From NCBI GenBank assembly GCA_963725865.1, contig CAVSAC010000014.1, positions 1,183,816 through 1,247,815 on the forward strand: a stretch of DNA of 64,000 nucleotides, read 5' to 3'. Made by a program: the position numbers and the translations under genes. This document shows, piece after piece, positions 39,397 through 50,301 of this stretch. How positions within the stretch are numbered: the first letter of the stretch is position 1; every line of letters starts with the position of its first letter. The DNA comes from Candidatus Eiseniibacteriota bacterium (GTDB taxonomy: Bacteria > Eisenbacteria > RBG-16-71-46). The notes under the pieces are model-generated. The model searched no databases, was not told where the DNA came from, and saw nothing but the letters and a program-made list of their open reading frames with translations.

Positions 39397-40107
39397 ATGT
39401 CGAAGACGCGCTCGGATCGCGTGCTGTCCGCCGTGAGATCGCTGCCGGTGTTCCGGGGGCTGTCCGCCGAGGATCAGATCAGGATCTCGGAGCTCGCGAG
39501 CGTGCGCGAATACTCGCGCGGCGATCACCTGTGGCACGAGGGCGATCCGGCCGACGAGCTCACCGTGCTGATCCGCGGGCGCGTGAAGATCGTGCGCCAC
39601 GCCGATGCGGGCGACGTGATCCTCGAGCTGTTCGGGCCCGGCGAGCCGGTGGGCGCGATCGCGGTGTACAACTACATGCCCTATCCCGCGAGCGCCGTGT
39701 GCATGGAGCCGGTGACCCTGCTAGCGGTGCCGCGGCGCGAGTACTTCGAACTGCTCGACCGCCACCCCGGCTTCGCCCGCGCGGTCATCCGCGAGCAGAC
39801 CAAGCTCGTGGTCGCGCTCGCGCGCAAGGTCGAGGAGATGCGCGGCCAGCGCGTGGACGGCCGCATCGCGCAGCTGTTCCTGACGCTCGTCGAGCGCATG
39901 GGGCACCCGACCGCCGAGGGGATCGAGATCACGCTGACGCTGACGCGGCAGGAGGTGGCCGATCTCGTCGGCACCACCGTCGAGAGCGCGATCCGGGTGA
40001 TGTCGCGCTGGGGGCGCGAGGGCGTGATCCTCTCCGGTCGCGGGCGCTTCGTGATCCCTTCCACGGAGCGCCTGCGCGAGATCGCCGAGAACGTCGCAGG
40101 CGAATGA
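39397..40107 (+). CDS. Crp/Fnr family transcriptional regulator (DNR/HcpR-like, no FNR Cys cluster)
   Basis: cNMP-binding domain (HEGDPA..GRVKI) and HTH LTRQEVADLVGTTVESAIR. Confidence 0.92.
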   Translation: MSKTRSDRVLSAVRSLPVFRGLSAEDQIRISELASVREYSRGDHLWHEGDPADELTVLIRGRVKIVRHADAGDVILELFGPGEPVGAIAVYNYMPYPASAVCMEPVTLLAVPRREYFELLDRHPGFARAVIREQTKLVVALARKVEEMRGQRVDGRIAQLFLTLVERMGHPTAEGIEITLTLTRQEVADLVGTTVESAIRVMSRWGREGVILSGRGRFVIPSTERLREIAENVAGE

Positions 40108-40147
40108 GGCTCCGCCGTCCCATCCGCCGTCCCGGGAGGTTCCACCC

Positions 40148-40657
40148 ATGAGCACCGCCGGATCCACACCGCGTCCGATCGATCCGGGCGTGCGCATCGG
40201 CCACGTCCATCTCAAGGTCGCCGACCTCGATCGCGCGCTCGCGTTCTACTGCGGCGTTCTCGGATTCGAGCTGATGCAGCGCTTCGGCCCCGGCGCCGCG
40301 TTCATCTCGGCCGGCGGCTACCACCACCACCTCGGGCTCAACACCTGGGAGAGCCGCGGCGGCTCGCCGCCGCCGACCGGCGCCACCGGGCTCTATCACG
40401 TTGCGATCCTCTATCCCACGCGCGCGGCGCTCGCCGACGCGCTGCGGCGGCTGATCGAGGCGCGCATTCCGCTCGACGGCGCGTCGGACCACGGCGTGAG
40501 CGAGGCGCTCTACCTGCGCGATCCGGACGAGAACGGCGTGGAGCTGTACCGGGATCGCCCGCGCGAGGAGTGGCCGCGCGAGCGCGACGGCGCGCTGGCG
40601 ATGTTCACGCGCGCGCTCGACCTCGAGGCGCTGCTGCGCGAGGCGCCGGAGCGCTGA
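40148..40657 (+). CDS. VOC/glyoxalase family protein (CatE-like)
   Basis: IGHVHLKVADL, GGYHHHLGLNTW, GLYHVA, SEALYLRDPDENGVELY. Confidence 0.92.
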   Translation: MSTAGSTPRPIDPGVRIGHVHLKVADLDRALAFYCGVLGFELMQRFGPGAAFISAGGYHHHLGLNTWESRGGSPPPTGATGLYHVAILYPTRAALADALRRLIEARIPLDGASDHGVSEALYLRDPDENGVELYRDRPREEWPRERDGALAMFTRALDLEALLREAPER

Positions 40658-40705
40658 GGCGCGGGAACGGCCACGCCCCGGCGCGCGGCCAGGGCGCGAC
40701 CCCGC

Positions 40706-41873
40706 CTACATGCCGCGGAGCGTGCGGGCGATCGGCTGGCGGGCGGCGCTCAGCGACGGCAGGAACCCACCCATCACGCCCAGCAGCACCGCGAAGATCA
40801 GGCCCCCGAGCAGCTCGAACGGGCCGACGTGGAACGCGAACGCCGACTCGCTGAACGACATGAAGTTCGTCGTGCTCGTGGTGATCCCGTTGATCGGCAG
40901 CGCGATCAGGCAGCCGAGCACGCCACCCAGCAGCGCGATCAAGACCGACTCGAGCATGAACGACGTCATGATCGCGAGCGGACTGAACCCGAGCACCAGC
41001 AGCGTCGCGATCTCGCGGGTGCGCGCCCCGACCGCCGCGAACATGGTGTTCATCGCTCCGAACATGGCACCGAAGCCCATCACCAGCGTGATGAACACGC
41101 CGATGCCGCGGATCAGGTTCGCGAGCAACTCGGATTGGCGCGCGTACCAGTCGCTCTCCCGGTAGACGTCGACGCCGAGCCGCGGGTCGCCGGTGAGCGT
41201 CTTCTTGATCGCCTCGAAGCGGGTGGGGTCCTTCATGCGGAACGTGACGCTCTGGAACACGTCACCGCGGAATACCGGCATCAGCACCGCGTTGTCGCCC
41301 CAGATCTCGGACTCGAACGACGCGCCGCCGGCGCTGAAGTGCCCGACCACGGAGAAGTCGCGCTGGCCGAAGCGCACCTTCTCGCCGACGCTGGCAGCCG
41401 GCGAAGCGGGGCGCGACCTTCTCGCCGACGATGATCTCGGCCGTGCCGGGCGCGAACATCCGGCCCTCCACGATCTTGACGTCGCCGCGCAGCGCGAACG
41501 CCGATGGGTCGACGCCGCGCACCGTGAGGTTGGAATTGCCGGGCTGGCCGAGGCGCGGCTTGTTGCTCACGACGAACACCTCGGGACTCGACAGCGGATG
41601 TCCGTCGGGGCCGGCGGCGACGTCGGGCAGTGCCGCGATGATGTTGGAGGCGTCGCGGGTCACGCCGCTCGACATCTCGCTGTCGGCGCCCTTGCGCACC
41701 ACGACCACGTTGCGCGGGTCCCCGCTCAGCCGCAGCGAGCGCTGGAAGCCCGAAGCGAGCGCGAGCGCGCCGATGAAGATCGCCACCGTCAGGGCGATGC
41801 CGACCGCGGTGGTCGCGGTGGACACCGGGCGCTGGAACGCGTTGCGGACGTTGTAGGAGAAAGGCAGTGCCAT
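40706..41873 (-). CDS. MacB/FtsX-like ABC permease (frameshift near 41390)
   Basis: YNVRN..TAVGIAL, GAMNTMFAAV..RTREIATL..LGF. Confidence 0.88.
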
Positions 41874-41885
41874 GAGGGTCTCCGC

Positions 41886-43082
41886 TCAGTCCACGCGCCG
41901 CAGCGCGTTGACGATCGACAGGCGCGATGCCTGCCACGCCGGGATGAGGCCGCTCACCGCGCCCATCAGCACCGCGAGCGCGACGCCGGTGATGACCGTC
42001 GACCAATACACGCTCATCGGCGGCAGGAACCCGCCCATGCTGAACTTCGAGCCCTCGAGCGCGAACTTGGCGAGCAGCGAGCCCGCGATCCCCGCGAGCA
42101 GCGTGATGATCGCGGCCTCGAGCAGCACGATGCGGAAGATGGTGCCGTCCTCGAAGCCGAGCGTCTTGAGCACGCCCACCTCGCTGGTGCGCTCGCGCAC
42201 CGCCATCACCATGGTGTTCGCCGCCACCAGCAGGATCGCGAACACGATCGCCAGCCCGATGATGCGGATCACGAACGGCAGGTTGCCGTACATCGACACG
42301 AACCCGGCCTGGAACGCCTTCTCGGATTCGGTGTGGGTCGCGGCCGCGGAGTTCTCGAACATCGCGTCGACCTGGTGGCCGATGTCGGCTGCGCGCGAGG
42401 GGTCGGTCAGGTCGAGCACGTAGAGCCCGACCAGGGACTGCCCGCCCATGCCCTTCTGGTCCAGGTAGCGGAAGTGGAAGAACATCGTCTCCTCGCCGAA
42501 ACCGCGGTTCCGCGAGCGGTATACCGCGCGGATCGTGAACGGCCACGAGCCGGTGTAGATGGTGCCGTTGACCGCGATGGTCTGGCCCAGCTTCCAGCCC
42601 ATCTTGGTCATCAGCTTCTCGCCGACCACGCAGGCGGTCTGCTCCTCCATGAACGCGGCGAGCTGGGGATCCATGTCGGGCGGCAGGACGATCTTCGTCT
42701 GCGGCGGCGAGGCGGCGACGTACTCCACGTCCTTGGCGTAGATGGGGAAGAACGTCTCGGCATCGACCGCGAACTGCGCGTAGAAGTTGTGCGGGTTCAC
42801 GGGATCCTGTCCGCCGAACCAGTTCTGGACGCTGACGCGCTTCACGCCCGGCAGCGCGGCGATGCGCTGGCGATAGGACATCGGCATCGGGAACACCAGC
42901 GAGATCGCGTTGCGGGTCACGACGCGCTGTTCGCTGCCGACCTTGATCGACTCCTGCAGCGTGTCGAGGATGCCGAACAGCGAGCAGAACAGGAACAGCG
43001 CGACCATCACGCTCAGGAACGTCAGCGTGGTGCGCAGCTTGTTGCGGCCGAGATTGACGAAGGTGAGGAAGAGCAGGTTCAC
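41886..43082 (-). CDS. MacB/FtsX-like ABC permease
   Basis: [35 protein letters not shown]. Confidence 0.9.
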   Translation of the reverse strand: MNLLFLTFVNLGRNKLRTTLTFLSVMVALFLFCSLFGILDTLQESIKVGSEQRVVTRNAISLVFPMPMSYRQRIAALPGVKRVSVQNWFGGQDPVNPHNFYAQFAVDAETFFPIYAKDVEYVAASPPQTKIVLPPDMDPQLAAFMEEQTACVVGEKLMTKMGWKLGQTIAVNGTIYTGSWPFTIRAVYRSRNRGFGEETMFFHFRYLDQKGMGGQSLVGLYVLDLTDPSRAADIGHQVDAMFENSAAATHTESEKAFQAGFVSMYGNLPFVIRIIGLAIVFAILLVAANTMVMAVRERTSEVGVLKTLGFEDGTIFRIVLLEAAIITLLAGIAGSLLAKFALEGSKFSMGGFLPPMSVYWSTVITGVALAVLMGAVSGLIPAWQASRLSIVNALRRVD

Positions 43083-43098
43083 GCGATCCCCCCGGCGC

Positions 43099-43770
43099 TC
43101 AGTTCGACAGCTCGCCCTTCTCGAGGTGCAGCACGCGATGCGCACGCTCGGCGGCGTGCGGATCGTGCGTGACCATGATGATGGTCTTCTTGTACTCGCG
43201 ATTGAGCCGCTCGAGCAGGTCGAGGATCTCGCCCGCGCTCTTGCGGTCGAGGTCGCCGGTCGGCTCGTCGGCGAGCAGCACCGCCGGATCGCTCACCACC
43301 GCGCGCGCGATCGCGACGCGCTGCTCCTGGCCGCCCGAGAGCTGGCGCGGGTAGTGCGACAGCCGGTCGCCGAGGCCCACCAGCTCGAGCGCGGTCTTCG
43401 CGCGCTTGCGCCGCTCCGCGCCGCTCATACGCACGAGCATCAGCGGCAGCTCCACGTTCTGCAGGGCGGTCAGCACCGGGATCAGGTTGTAGAGCTGGAA
43501 GATGAAGCCGATGTTCGTCGAGCGCCACCGCGCCAGCGCGCGGCCCTGGAGCTGCGCGATGTCGGTGCCGCCCACCACCAGGCGGCCGGCGGTCGGCGAG
43601 TCGATGCCGCCGATCAGGTTCAGCAGCGTGGTCTTGCCGCTGCCCGACGGCCCCATGAGCGCGACGAAGTCGCCCTCGGCGATGTCGAGCGAGAGCCCGT
43701 CGAGCACCGGCACCAACTGACGGTCGCGCTGATAGACCTTGCGCACCTCGCGCACCTGGACCGAAGCCAT
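43099..43770 (-). CDS. ABC transporter ATP-binding protein (LolD/MacB type)
   Basis: [28 protein letters not shown]. Confidence 0.95.
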   Translation of the reverse strand: MASVQVREVRKVYQRDRQLVPVLDGLSLDIAEGDFVALMGPSGSGKTTLLNLIGGIDSPTAGRLVVGGTDIAQLQGRALARWRSTNIGFIFQLYNLIPVLTALQNVELPLMLVRMSGAERRKRAKTALELVGLGDRLSHYPRQLSGGQEQRVAIARAVVSDPAVLLADEPTGDLDRKSAGEILDLLERLNREYKKTIIMVTHDPHAAERAHRVLHLEKGELSN

Positions 43771-43780
43771 GCGTGTCCTC

Positions 43781-44974
43781 CTAGGGCGATGTCGCGGCGC
43801 GCACGCGCGCGCCGTCCTTGATCCCGGGTGGCGGCTGCACCACCACCTGCTCGCCGCCATCGAGGCCGCGGCGCACCTCGACACTCGAATCGCGCGCGGG
43901 CCCCAGGTCGACGGTGCGCGCGCGCGCCCGCCCGTCGACCACGATCCACACCGACGCCGTCCCGCCGCCGCGCACCACCGCGGCCTCCGGCACCAGCACG
44001 CGCCGCGGCGCCGCGGCGGTCGGACCGCTGCCGGCCTCGTTCGCGAACGTCACCTTGGCGCCCATCTCGGGCAGGATGCGCGGATCGCGATCGAGGATCG
44101 AGACCTTCACCTGCACGGTGGCCTTCTGGCGGTCGGCGGTCGGCACCACCTGGCGGACGCGCGCGGCGAACGAGGTGTCGGGGTAGGCGTCGAGCGTCAC
44201 CCGCCCGGGCTGGCCGTTGCGCACCCGCGCGATGTAGGCCTCGCTCACGTCCACCTCGACCTCGAGCGTGGCGAGGTCGGCCATGGTGACGATCGCCGTG
44301 CGCGTGAGCCCGCCGCCGGCCGACGACGGCGCCACGATCTCGCCCACCTCGGCGTCCTTGCGCAGCACGGTGCCCTCGAACGGCGCGCGGATGCGCGTGT
44401 TCTCGAAGTTGGCCGCCGCCAGCGCGGTCTGCGCCCTGGCGCTCTCGAGCTGCGCGGCCAGCGCGTCGACGCGCATCTGCGCGTTCTCGAGGTCGGCCGG
44501 CGACGAGAGGTTCTGCGCGCGCAGCGCCTGCGCGCGCACCAGGTCGCGGCGGGCCTGCGCGAGCTGCACCGCGTACTGCCCCTCGGCCGCGCGGGCCACG
44601 CCGAGCGCCGCGTGGTAGTCGTCGCCCTCGATGGTGGCGATCACCTCGCCGTTGCGCACGTGCGAGCCCTCGTGCACCGCGATGGTGGCAAGCCGGCCGA
44701 GGATCTTGGCCGACACCGACGCCCGCGTGCGCGCCACGACGTAGCCGTTCGCGGTGATGCCCTCGCTCGAGACCGCGGTGGCGCCGCCGGTGGCCTCGGC
44801 CGTCGCGACCCGGACCGCGAGCGCGCGCGGGCGCAGCACCACCGCCCACAGCAGCGCGGCCAGCGCCACGAACACGAGCAGCACCCACGGCACGATCCGG
44901 CCGGCGCCGCCGCGAGCGGCAGGCGGCGGGCTGCGGTCGATGCGGAGGCTGGAGAGATCGGGGCCGGTGGTCAT
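43781..44974 (-). CDS. Efflux membrane-fusion (periplasmic adaptor) protein
   Basis: TM anchor, lipoyl-like motifs, [29 protein letters not shown]. Confidence 0.92.
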   Translation of the reverse strand: MTTGPDLSSLRIDRSPPPAARGGAGRIVPWVLLVFVALAALLWAVVLRPRALAVRVATAEATGGATAVSSEGITANGYVVARTRASVSAKILGRLATIAVHEGSHVRNGEVIATIEGDDYHAALGVARAAEGQYAVQLAQARRDLVRAQALRAQNLSSPADLENAQMRVDALAAQLESARAQTALAAANFENTRIRAPFEGTVLRKDAEVGEIVAPSSAGGGLTRTAIVTMADLATLEVEVDVSEAYIARVRNGQPGRVTLDAYPDTSFAARVRQVVPTADRQKATVQVKVSILDRDPRILPEMGAKVTFANEAGSGPTAAAPRRVLVPEAAVVRGGGTASVWIVVDGRARARTVDLGPARDSSVEVRRGLDGGEQVVVQPPPGIKDGARVRAATSP

Positions 44975-45328
44975 GGGGTCCGTGGGGTTCGGGAAGGCGA
45001 GCAGGCTAGGCTGCCGCCACGGTCAGGGTCAAGGAGTGACGTTACGAGGGAGCAGGATGCGCGACCGCGGCGGCGTCGCGAACGGGAAACCGGCGGATGG
45101 TCGCCCGCTTCCGGCGAACGGTGGTGGCGACGCGGCGACCGGCGGTCGGGGCGCCGGGTGGACGGCGGCGCGGGGCCCGCGAGCCGGCATGCAGCCGCGC
45201 GCGAATCCGCCTCGATGCCGGTCCCAGCCTTGCGTCGCGCGGGCGCGAGCCCCTAGACTCCCCGTCCGCGCCGCGATCGCCGGCCGCAGCGAGCGACGAT
45301 CCGATCATCTGGCTTCCCGGAGGACCCC

Positions 45329-45565
45329 ATGCCGTTCGTGATCGCCGAGCCGTGCATCGGTGTGAAGGACAAGTCGTGCGTCGAGGTGTGCCCCGTCAAC
45401 TGCATCTACGAGGGCGAGGACATGTTCTACATCCACCCCGACGAGTGCATCGACTGCCAGGCGTGCGAGGCCGCCTGCCCGGTGCAGGCGATCTTCCCGG
45501 ACAACGGCGTGCCCGACAAGTGGCAGTCGTACATCGCCAAGAACCGCGACTTCTTCAACAAGTAG
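45329..45565 (+). CDS. 7Fe/8Fe ferredoxin
   Basis: C..VKD.SCVEVCPVNCI, CIDCQACEAACP. GGAGG RBS. Confidence 0.95.
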   Translation: MPFVIAEPCIGVKDKSCVEVCPVNCIYEGEDMFYIHPDECIDCQACEAACPVQAIFPDNGVPDKWQSYIAKNRDFFNK

Positions 45566-45632
45566 CCGGCGTGCGCGGACGTCTCAGGCGGCGCCGCGTG
45601 GCGCCGCCTCTCGCGTTCCAGGAGCGATCCCG

Positions 45633-46202
45633 ATGAGCGACGGCACCCTGCCGACCCGCGACGAGGCCCTCGCGCTGCTGCACGAGTGGGTCACCAACGC
45701 GAACCTGCGCAAGCACTGCTACGCGGTCGAGGCCGCGATGCGCGCGTACGCCCGCAGCCACGGCGACGACGAGGACCGCTGGGGGATCACCGGTCTCATC
45801 CACGACTTCGACTGGGAACGCCACCCCGACCTCGAGCGCCATCCCATGCAGGGCGTCGAGGTGCTGCGCGCGCAGGGCTGGCCCGAGGACGTGTGCCGCG
45901 CGGTGCTCGGACACGCGGTGCACAGCGGCGTGCCGCGCGACACCGCGATGGCGAAGACGCTCTACGCGTGCGACGAGCTGGCGGGCTTCCTCGTGGCGTG
46001 CGCGCTCATGACGCCGAACAAGTCGCTCGCCGAGCTCGAGGTGCCGTCGGTGAAGAAGAAGCTCAAGCGCGCCGACTTCGCGCGCAACGTCAACCGCGAG
46101 GACATCGTGCGGGGCGCCGCCGAGCTGGGCGTGGACCTCGACCAGCACATCGCGTTCGTGCTCGAGGCGATGCGCGGGATCCGGGGCGAGCTGGGGCTGT
46201 GA
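45633..46202 (+). CDS. HD/HDIG domain metal-dependent phosphohydrolase
   Basis: LRKHC, GLIHDFDWE, H, YACDELAGF, FARNVNRED. Confidence 0.9.
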   Translation: MSDGTLPTRDEALALLHEWVTNANLRKHCYAVEAAMRAYARSHGDDEDRWGITGLIHDFDWERHPDLERHPMQGVEVLRAQGWPEDVCRAVLGHAVHSGVPRDTAMAKTLYACDELAGFLVACALMTPNKSLAELEVPSVKKKLKRADFARNVNREDIVRGAAELGVDLDQHIAFVLEAMRGIRGELGL

Positions 46203-46214
46203 GCGGCGCGCGCG
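46114..46214 (+). repeat. 101-bp direct repeat, copy 1 (3' end of the HD gene)
   Basis: Matches 48880..48980 at 97 of 101 positions. Confidence 0.92.
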
Positions 46215-46228
46215 GCGAGTGATCGCTG

Positions 46229-48823
46229 TTACCTGAGCACCGCTACGCGCCTCGTTGCGATCACGCGGCCGCCCGCCAACAGCCGCGCCTGGTAGATCCC
46301 CGGGTGCAGGGCGCCACCCGAGTCGAGGTCGACCGGCGCGCGGCCGCCGGTGGTGACCAGATCCTGCACACGGACCCGGCGTCCGCCGATGTCGAACAGC
46401 TCGATCTGCGCGTCGCGCGTGCCTTGTGGCAACGCGACTACAAACCGTGGCACCGCACCCGCTGGGTTGGGCGCGACGTCGAACGTCAGCTCTTGTGATT
46501 CGGGCGGGACGAACAACGAGGCGAGGCCGAGTCGGACGGTGGCTCCGTTTTCGATCAGGATCAAGCTGTAGTCATAGGCGTGTCCGGGCTCCACCGTCGG
46601 GTCGTCGTAGCGCACGAGCCCCTCGCCGTCCGGCACCAGCGAGGCGAGAATCTGCCATGCACCTTGGTCCACGCGACGTTCGAGGGAGATCGGCCCGGAG
46701 GCGTCGGCGAGCGACCAGATCACGTGCACTCCCTTGGCATCGGCGGTGGCGGCAACGAGTGAGGCCGTGACAGGCGTGGTCGCATCCTGCAGAAACAGGC
46801 CCCAGAACTGGAACATCCAGGGAGAATCACACGCGAGCACGAGCATGTCGCTCGCGGGATTGAACACGGCGTCCCTCAGGCTGAACCCCCCGGGCCCGAA
46901 ACCTTCGGGTGTGACCTGTGACCATTCGAGCGTCCCGCCGAGGTTCAGCGTCCAGACCTTTGCACCCGGGTCCGGCGTGGACTGGGGCCCGATCATGTAC
47001 AGGCGTCGGCGAGCGGCGTCGAAGCAGATAGGGCTCGAGTTGTTGAAGCTTGGGGCCGTCCCGCTCGGGATCAGCGAGGTCCAGGTCCCCGAGTCGACTG
47101 CAAATGTCCACAGGTCCCGGTAAGCGTTGAGGGTGTCGGAGCCACCGATGACGAGCAGCTGGTTCGCGAGCGAGTCGAGCGCCGCGTGACCTCCCGCTCG
47201 CGCCGGTGGTCGAGGGCCCGCCAGGTCGAGCCGCGACCAGGTCTGCGGGAAGCCGAGCGTCAGCGCCCACACGTCGTTGTAGAACGGCCGGTGTACGCCG
47301 ATGCCCGTTCCGCCGAAGACGATCATCCGATCCCCAGCCGCGTCGTATACCGCACACTGGCCTCTGCGCGCGGACGGCGGAGTTCCGAGCGTCGGGATGG
47401 GAAGAAGGTCTCCTCCGGTCAACGGGATCACCCAGACGCTGTTCTGCAAAACGCCGGCGATCGTGCCGCCGAACAGGACGAGCCGGTCGCGTACCCGATC
47501 GACGATCACGGAGCCCCCCTCGCGCACCTCGCTCGAGAGGAGGATGCGGTCCCAGCGCGGTGGTTCGAGTAGGGGAGCTGCCCACACTGCAAAGCTCGGG
47601 GTGTCCGAGGACGAAGGGTCGGTGACGATGAGTCGGGCGCGCGCGACATCGAACAGCGCGTTGCCTGCATTGCCCGGCACGTCCCGGTCCGGCACCCGCG
47701 TTCTCCATGCCGGCACGCCGTCGATCGGAAGCTCGAGTCGAGCACCCATCCGATAGACGGGTGCCACCTTGGACTTGCCTCCGCCTGCAACGAGCACGCG
47801 GTGGACGGGATCGAGCACGACCGCGGTCGGCAGTCGAACGGGGGCTGCGGGATTCCCGAGATGCGTCCATCGCGCCGTGTCGGGGTCCGATGCATTCAGG
47901 CTCCATAGATCGGACCCGAGTGAGACGCTCCCGGAGATCGCGCCGCCATATACGAGCATCCGGTCCGCGAGCGAATCGTAGAATGCGACGCCGCCGTACC
48001 TCGCCGAAGGCAACGGTGCCGCGGGTGGAAGGAAGCGCCACGTCGGGTCTGCGCCGAGTGTCAGCTCCCAGGTCTCGTCCAAGGGGGCGAGCGAGGCGGG
48101 AACGGTGCTCGAGCTGAGGTACCTGCCGCCGAATACGAGCAAGCGGTTCCGTCGCGAATCGAATGTCACCCACGTGTTCAAGCGGCCGGTCGGTTGTGGA
48201 CCGCTGGTGCCGAGCCCGGACCAGTTCGGACCGTCCGACAGGTCGAGCTGCTCGACATAGCTCGTGGGATAGGGCGAACCAGTGTGGGAATAGGAGGCGC
48301 CGCCGAAGAGGAGCACACGGTCGCCAACCGGGTCATACACCACTCCCGTGCCATCAAGCCACGGCGCGCATGTGAACAGCCGCGACCAGACGAGGGAGTC
48401 GAGAGACAGGGCATACGTTCCGCACCAGCCAGACCCTGATATATCCTGCTGGTATCCCCACACCAAGAGGCGATTCCGTCGGCTGTCCACCACGGCACCC
48501 TTCAAGGGCAGTTGCTCCGTGGCCCAGGGGGCCATGATCAGCGGAGGGGTACCCGACGTCTCGAAGGGAATCCAGTCGCTCGCCGAGTCCAGACTGGCGC
48601 TCCACAAAGTGACCCCGCTCGTCGAAGTACTTCCGCCGAGCATGAGCATGCGGCGGTGAGTTGGATCATAGAGCGGGAACGGATACACGTCCGTCGGCGT
48701 CCCGTACAGCTGCCACCGCGGGTCGGCCGCCGCAGCTCCGGCGGTTGGCGCGATTCGCCCGAGGGACAGGCACTCCACGAGCGTTATGAGGACGAGAACG
48801 CATAGCCGCGGGCGCGAACCCAA
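46229..48823 (-). CDS. Secreted Kelch-repeat beta-propeller protein with C-terminal FlgD/T9SS-like domain
   Basis: TTG start with GGAGG RBS; repeated YD..DR.LLFGG..W.L blades; C-terminal APNP..FDIGGRRVR..GIY..TRRV. Codon usage is visibly less GC3-biased than in the neighbours. Confidence 0.85.
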   Translation of the reverse strand: MGSRPRLCVLVLITLVECLSLGRIAPTAGAAAADPRWQLYGTPTDVYPFPLYDPTHRRMLMLGGSTSTSGVTLWSASLDSASDWIPFETSGTPPLIMAPWATEQLPLKGAVVDSRRNRLLVWGYQQDISGSGWCGTYALSLDSLVWSRLFTCAPWLDGTGVVYDPVGDRVLLFGGASYSHTGSPYPTSYVEQLDLSDGPNWSGLGTSGPQPTGRLNTWVTFDSRRNRLLVFGGRYLSSSTVPASLAPLDETWELTLGADPTWRFLPPAAPLPSARYGGVAFYDSLADRMLVYGGAISGSVSLGSDLWSLNASDPDTARWTHLGNPAAPVRLPTAVVLDPVHRVLVAGGGKSKVAPVYRMGARLELPIDGVPAWRTRVPDRDVPGNAGNALFDVARARLIVTDPSSSDTPSFAVWAAPLLEPPRWDRILLSSEVREGGSVIVDRVRDRLVLFGGTIAGVLQNSVWVIPLTGGDLLPIPTLGTPPSARRGQCAVYDAAGDRMIVFGGTGIGVHRPFYNDVWALTLGFPQTWSRLDLAGPRPPARAGGHAALDSLANQLLVIGGSDTLNAYRDLWTFAVDSGTWTSLIPSGTAPSFNNSSPICFDAARRRLYMIGPQSTPDPGAKVWTLNLGGTLEWSQVTPEGFGPGGFSLRDAVFNPASDMLVLACDSPWMFQFWGLFLQDATTPVTASLVAATADAKGVHVIWSLADASGPISLERRVDQGAWQILASLVPDGEGLVRYDDPTVEPGHAYDYSLILIENGATVRLGLASLFVPPESQELTFDVAPNPAGAVPRFVVALPQGTRDAQIELFDIGGRRVRVQDLVTTGGRAPVDLDSGGALHPGIYQARLLAGGRVIATRRVAVLR

Positions 48824-48879
48824 GGTGCCTCCCGTGCGTGGGGTGCCCAGAGGATAGATCGACTCACCCGCGGTGGCCA

Positions 48880-48980
48880 GCGCCGCCGAGCTGGGCGTCG
48901 ACCTCGACCCCCACATCGCGTTCGTGCTCGAGGCGATGCGCGGGATCCGGGGCGAGCTGGGGCTGTGAGCGACGCGCGCG
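48880..48980 (+). repeat. 101-bp direct repeat, copy 2 (orphan copy of the HD gene 3' end)
   Basis: Encodes AAELGVDLDPHIAFVLEAMRGIRGELGL* with no upstream gene body. Confidence 0.92.
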
Positions 48981-48981
48981 C

Positions 48982-49681
48982 TCAGGGGCGCGCGAGCGTG
49001 CCGACCGGCGATTCCGCGACCGAGCCGTCGGCGCGCACCAGCGCCACGCGCCACAACACGGAGCCGCCGCTGCGCAGCGCCGACGGCAGCGAGTCCGCCG
49101 GCACCACCAGCGTGGTCTCGGTCGCGGCGCCGAGGGTCTCCGAGCGGCTCGAGCGCGGTGGAGTAGAGCCGCACCTCGAAGCGCGCCGCGTCGGGTGAGC
49201 CGTGCCACGCCAGCCGCACGCCGCCGTCGGGGAGCCAGCGCGCGACCTCGATCGTGACCGCCGCCGGCGCGCCGCCGCGCAGCGTGCTCTCGGGCCGCCG
49301 CATCATCACGAGTGCGCCGCCCACGACGATCACGAGCGCCGCGAACGCCCAGGCGGGGCGCCATGCGGGCGCCAGCAGCGTCGCCCACCCGCCGCGCGAT
49401 TCGCTGCGTCGCGCCTCGGCCGGACGCACGGCCACCGGCGTCGCGGCGGGTGCGCCGTCGGGCGCCGCGAAGAACCGTTCGCGCCACGCGGTCAGCCGCG
49501 CGTCCGCGTCGTCGGGGCGCGCGCCTGCGGGCGGCGCGGGCGGCTCGAGGAACGCGCGGTGCGCGGTGGCGAGCGCCCGGCAGCGCGGGCAGGTGTCGAG
49601 GTGCGCGCGGCGCGGATCGCCCGCCGGCAGCGCCAGCACGGCGCCCACCTCCTCGGGAGCGATGCAGGGAGTCGGGTTCAT
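48982..49681 (-). CDS. Zinc-finger (HxxxCxxC) anti-sigma factor (frameshift near 49140)
   Basis: RAHLDTCPRC, single TM helix, periplasmic C-terminal domain. ATGA-coupled to the sigma gene. Confidence 0.75.
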
Positions 49682-50265
49682 GCGCCCTCCCGCGCCTGCT
49701 CGTCGAGCGCCGCGCGCAGCCGCCGGCGCGCGCGCTGGAGCAGTCCGCGCGCCCCGGTCGCGGAGTCCAGCCGCATCACGCGCGTGATCTCGTCCACCGG
49801 CATGCGCTCGAAGCAGCGCAGCCACAGCGCCTCGCGCTCGCTCGGATCCAGGTGCTCCGCCACCAGCGTGCGCAGCCGCTCCTCGTCCGTGCGGGCTTCC
49901 CACTCGGCGGCCGGATCGGGCTCGCGCGCGGGCAGGGTCTCGAGCAGGTCGTCGTCCTGCAGCGGCGAGGGCGCCGCGACCGCGTTCAGGCAGCGATTGC
50001 GGGCGATCACGAACAGCCACGACGAGAAGCGCGAGCGGCCCTCGAACGTGTGCAGGTGAGTCCACGCCCGCATGAACACCTCCTGTGCCATCTCCAGCGC
50101 CCGCTCGTGGTCCCGCACATAGCGGTAGCACCACAGGTAGACGCGCCGCTGGTAGCGGCCGAACAGCTCCGACGCCGCCGCCCGCGACCGGGCACCCGCG
50201 GGATCGCGGGTCGCCTCGCTCACGAGGCGCTCGTCGTCGAGCGTCTGGAGTCCGGGTTCCTTCAT
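49678..50265 (-). CDS. ECF RNA polymerase sigma factor
   Basis: DERLV, AQEVFMRAW..F.GRSRFSSWLFVIARN.C, region 4 HTH. Confidence 0.92.
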   Translation of the reverse strand: MKEPGLQTLDDERLVSEATRDPAGARSRAAASELFGRYQRRVYLWCYRYVRDHERALEMAQEVFMRAWTHLHTFEGRSRFSSWLFVIARNRCLNAVAAPSPLQDDDLLETLPAREPDPAAEWEARTDEERLRTLVAEHLDPSEREALWLRCFERMPVDEITRVMRLDSATGARGLLQRARRRLRAALDEQAREGA

Positions 50266-50269
50266 GAAA

Positions 50270-50301
50270 TGAGACCGTCGCAGGCCGGAGGAATCACACG
50301 C
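50270..50301 (-). promoter_or_regulatory. Putative ECF-dependent promoter (autoregulatory, probably leaderless)
   Basis: GCGTGTGATTCC-N11-ACGGTCTCA ending 4 nt before the ATG. Identical boxes at 55696..55727. Confidence 0.7.

Noticed and set aside
46824-46833. Third copy of the ECF -35 box (GAATCACACG)
   Set aside because: It lies inside the Kelch CDS and lacks the ACGGTCTC element at the right spacing.
46229-50134. 1301-aa ORF as an anti-sigma/Kelch fusion protein
   Set aside because: It results from a frameshift near 49140 reading through the antisense of the HD repeat. The Kelch gene has its own RBS, start and signal peptide.
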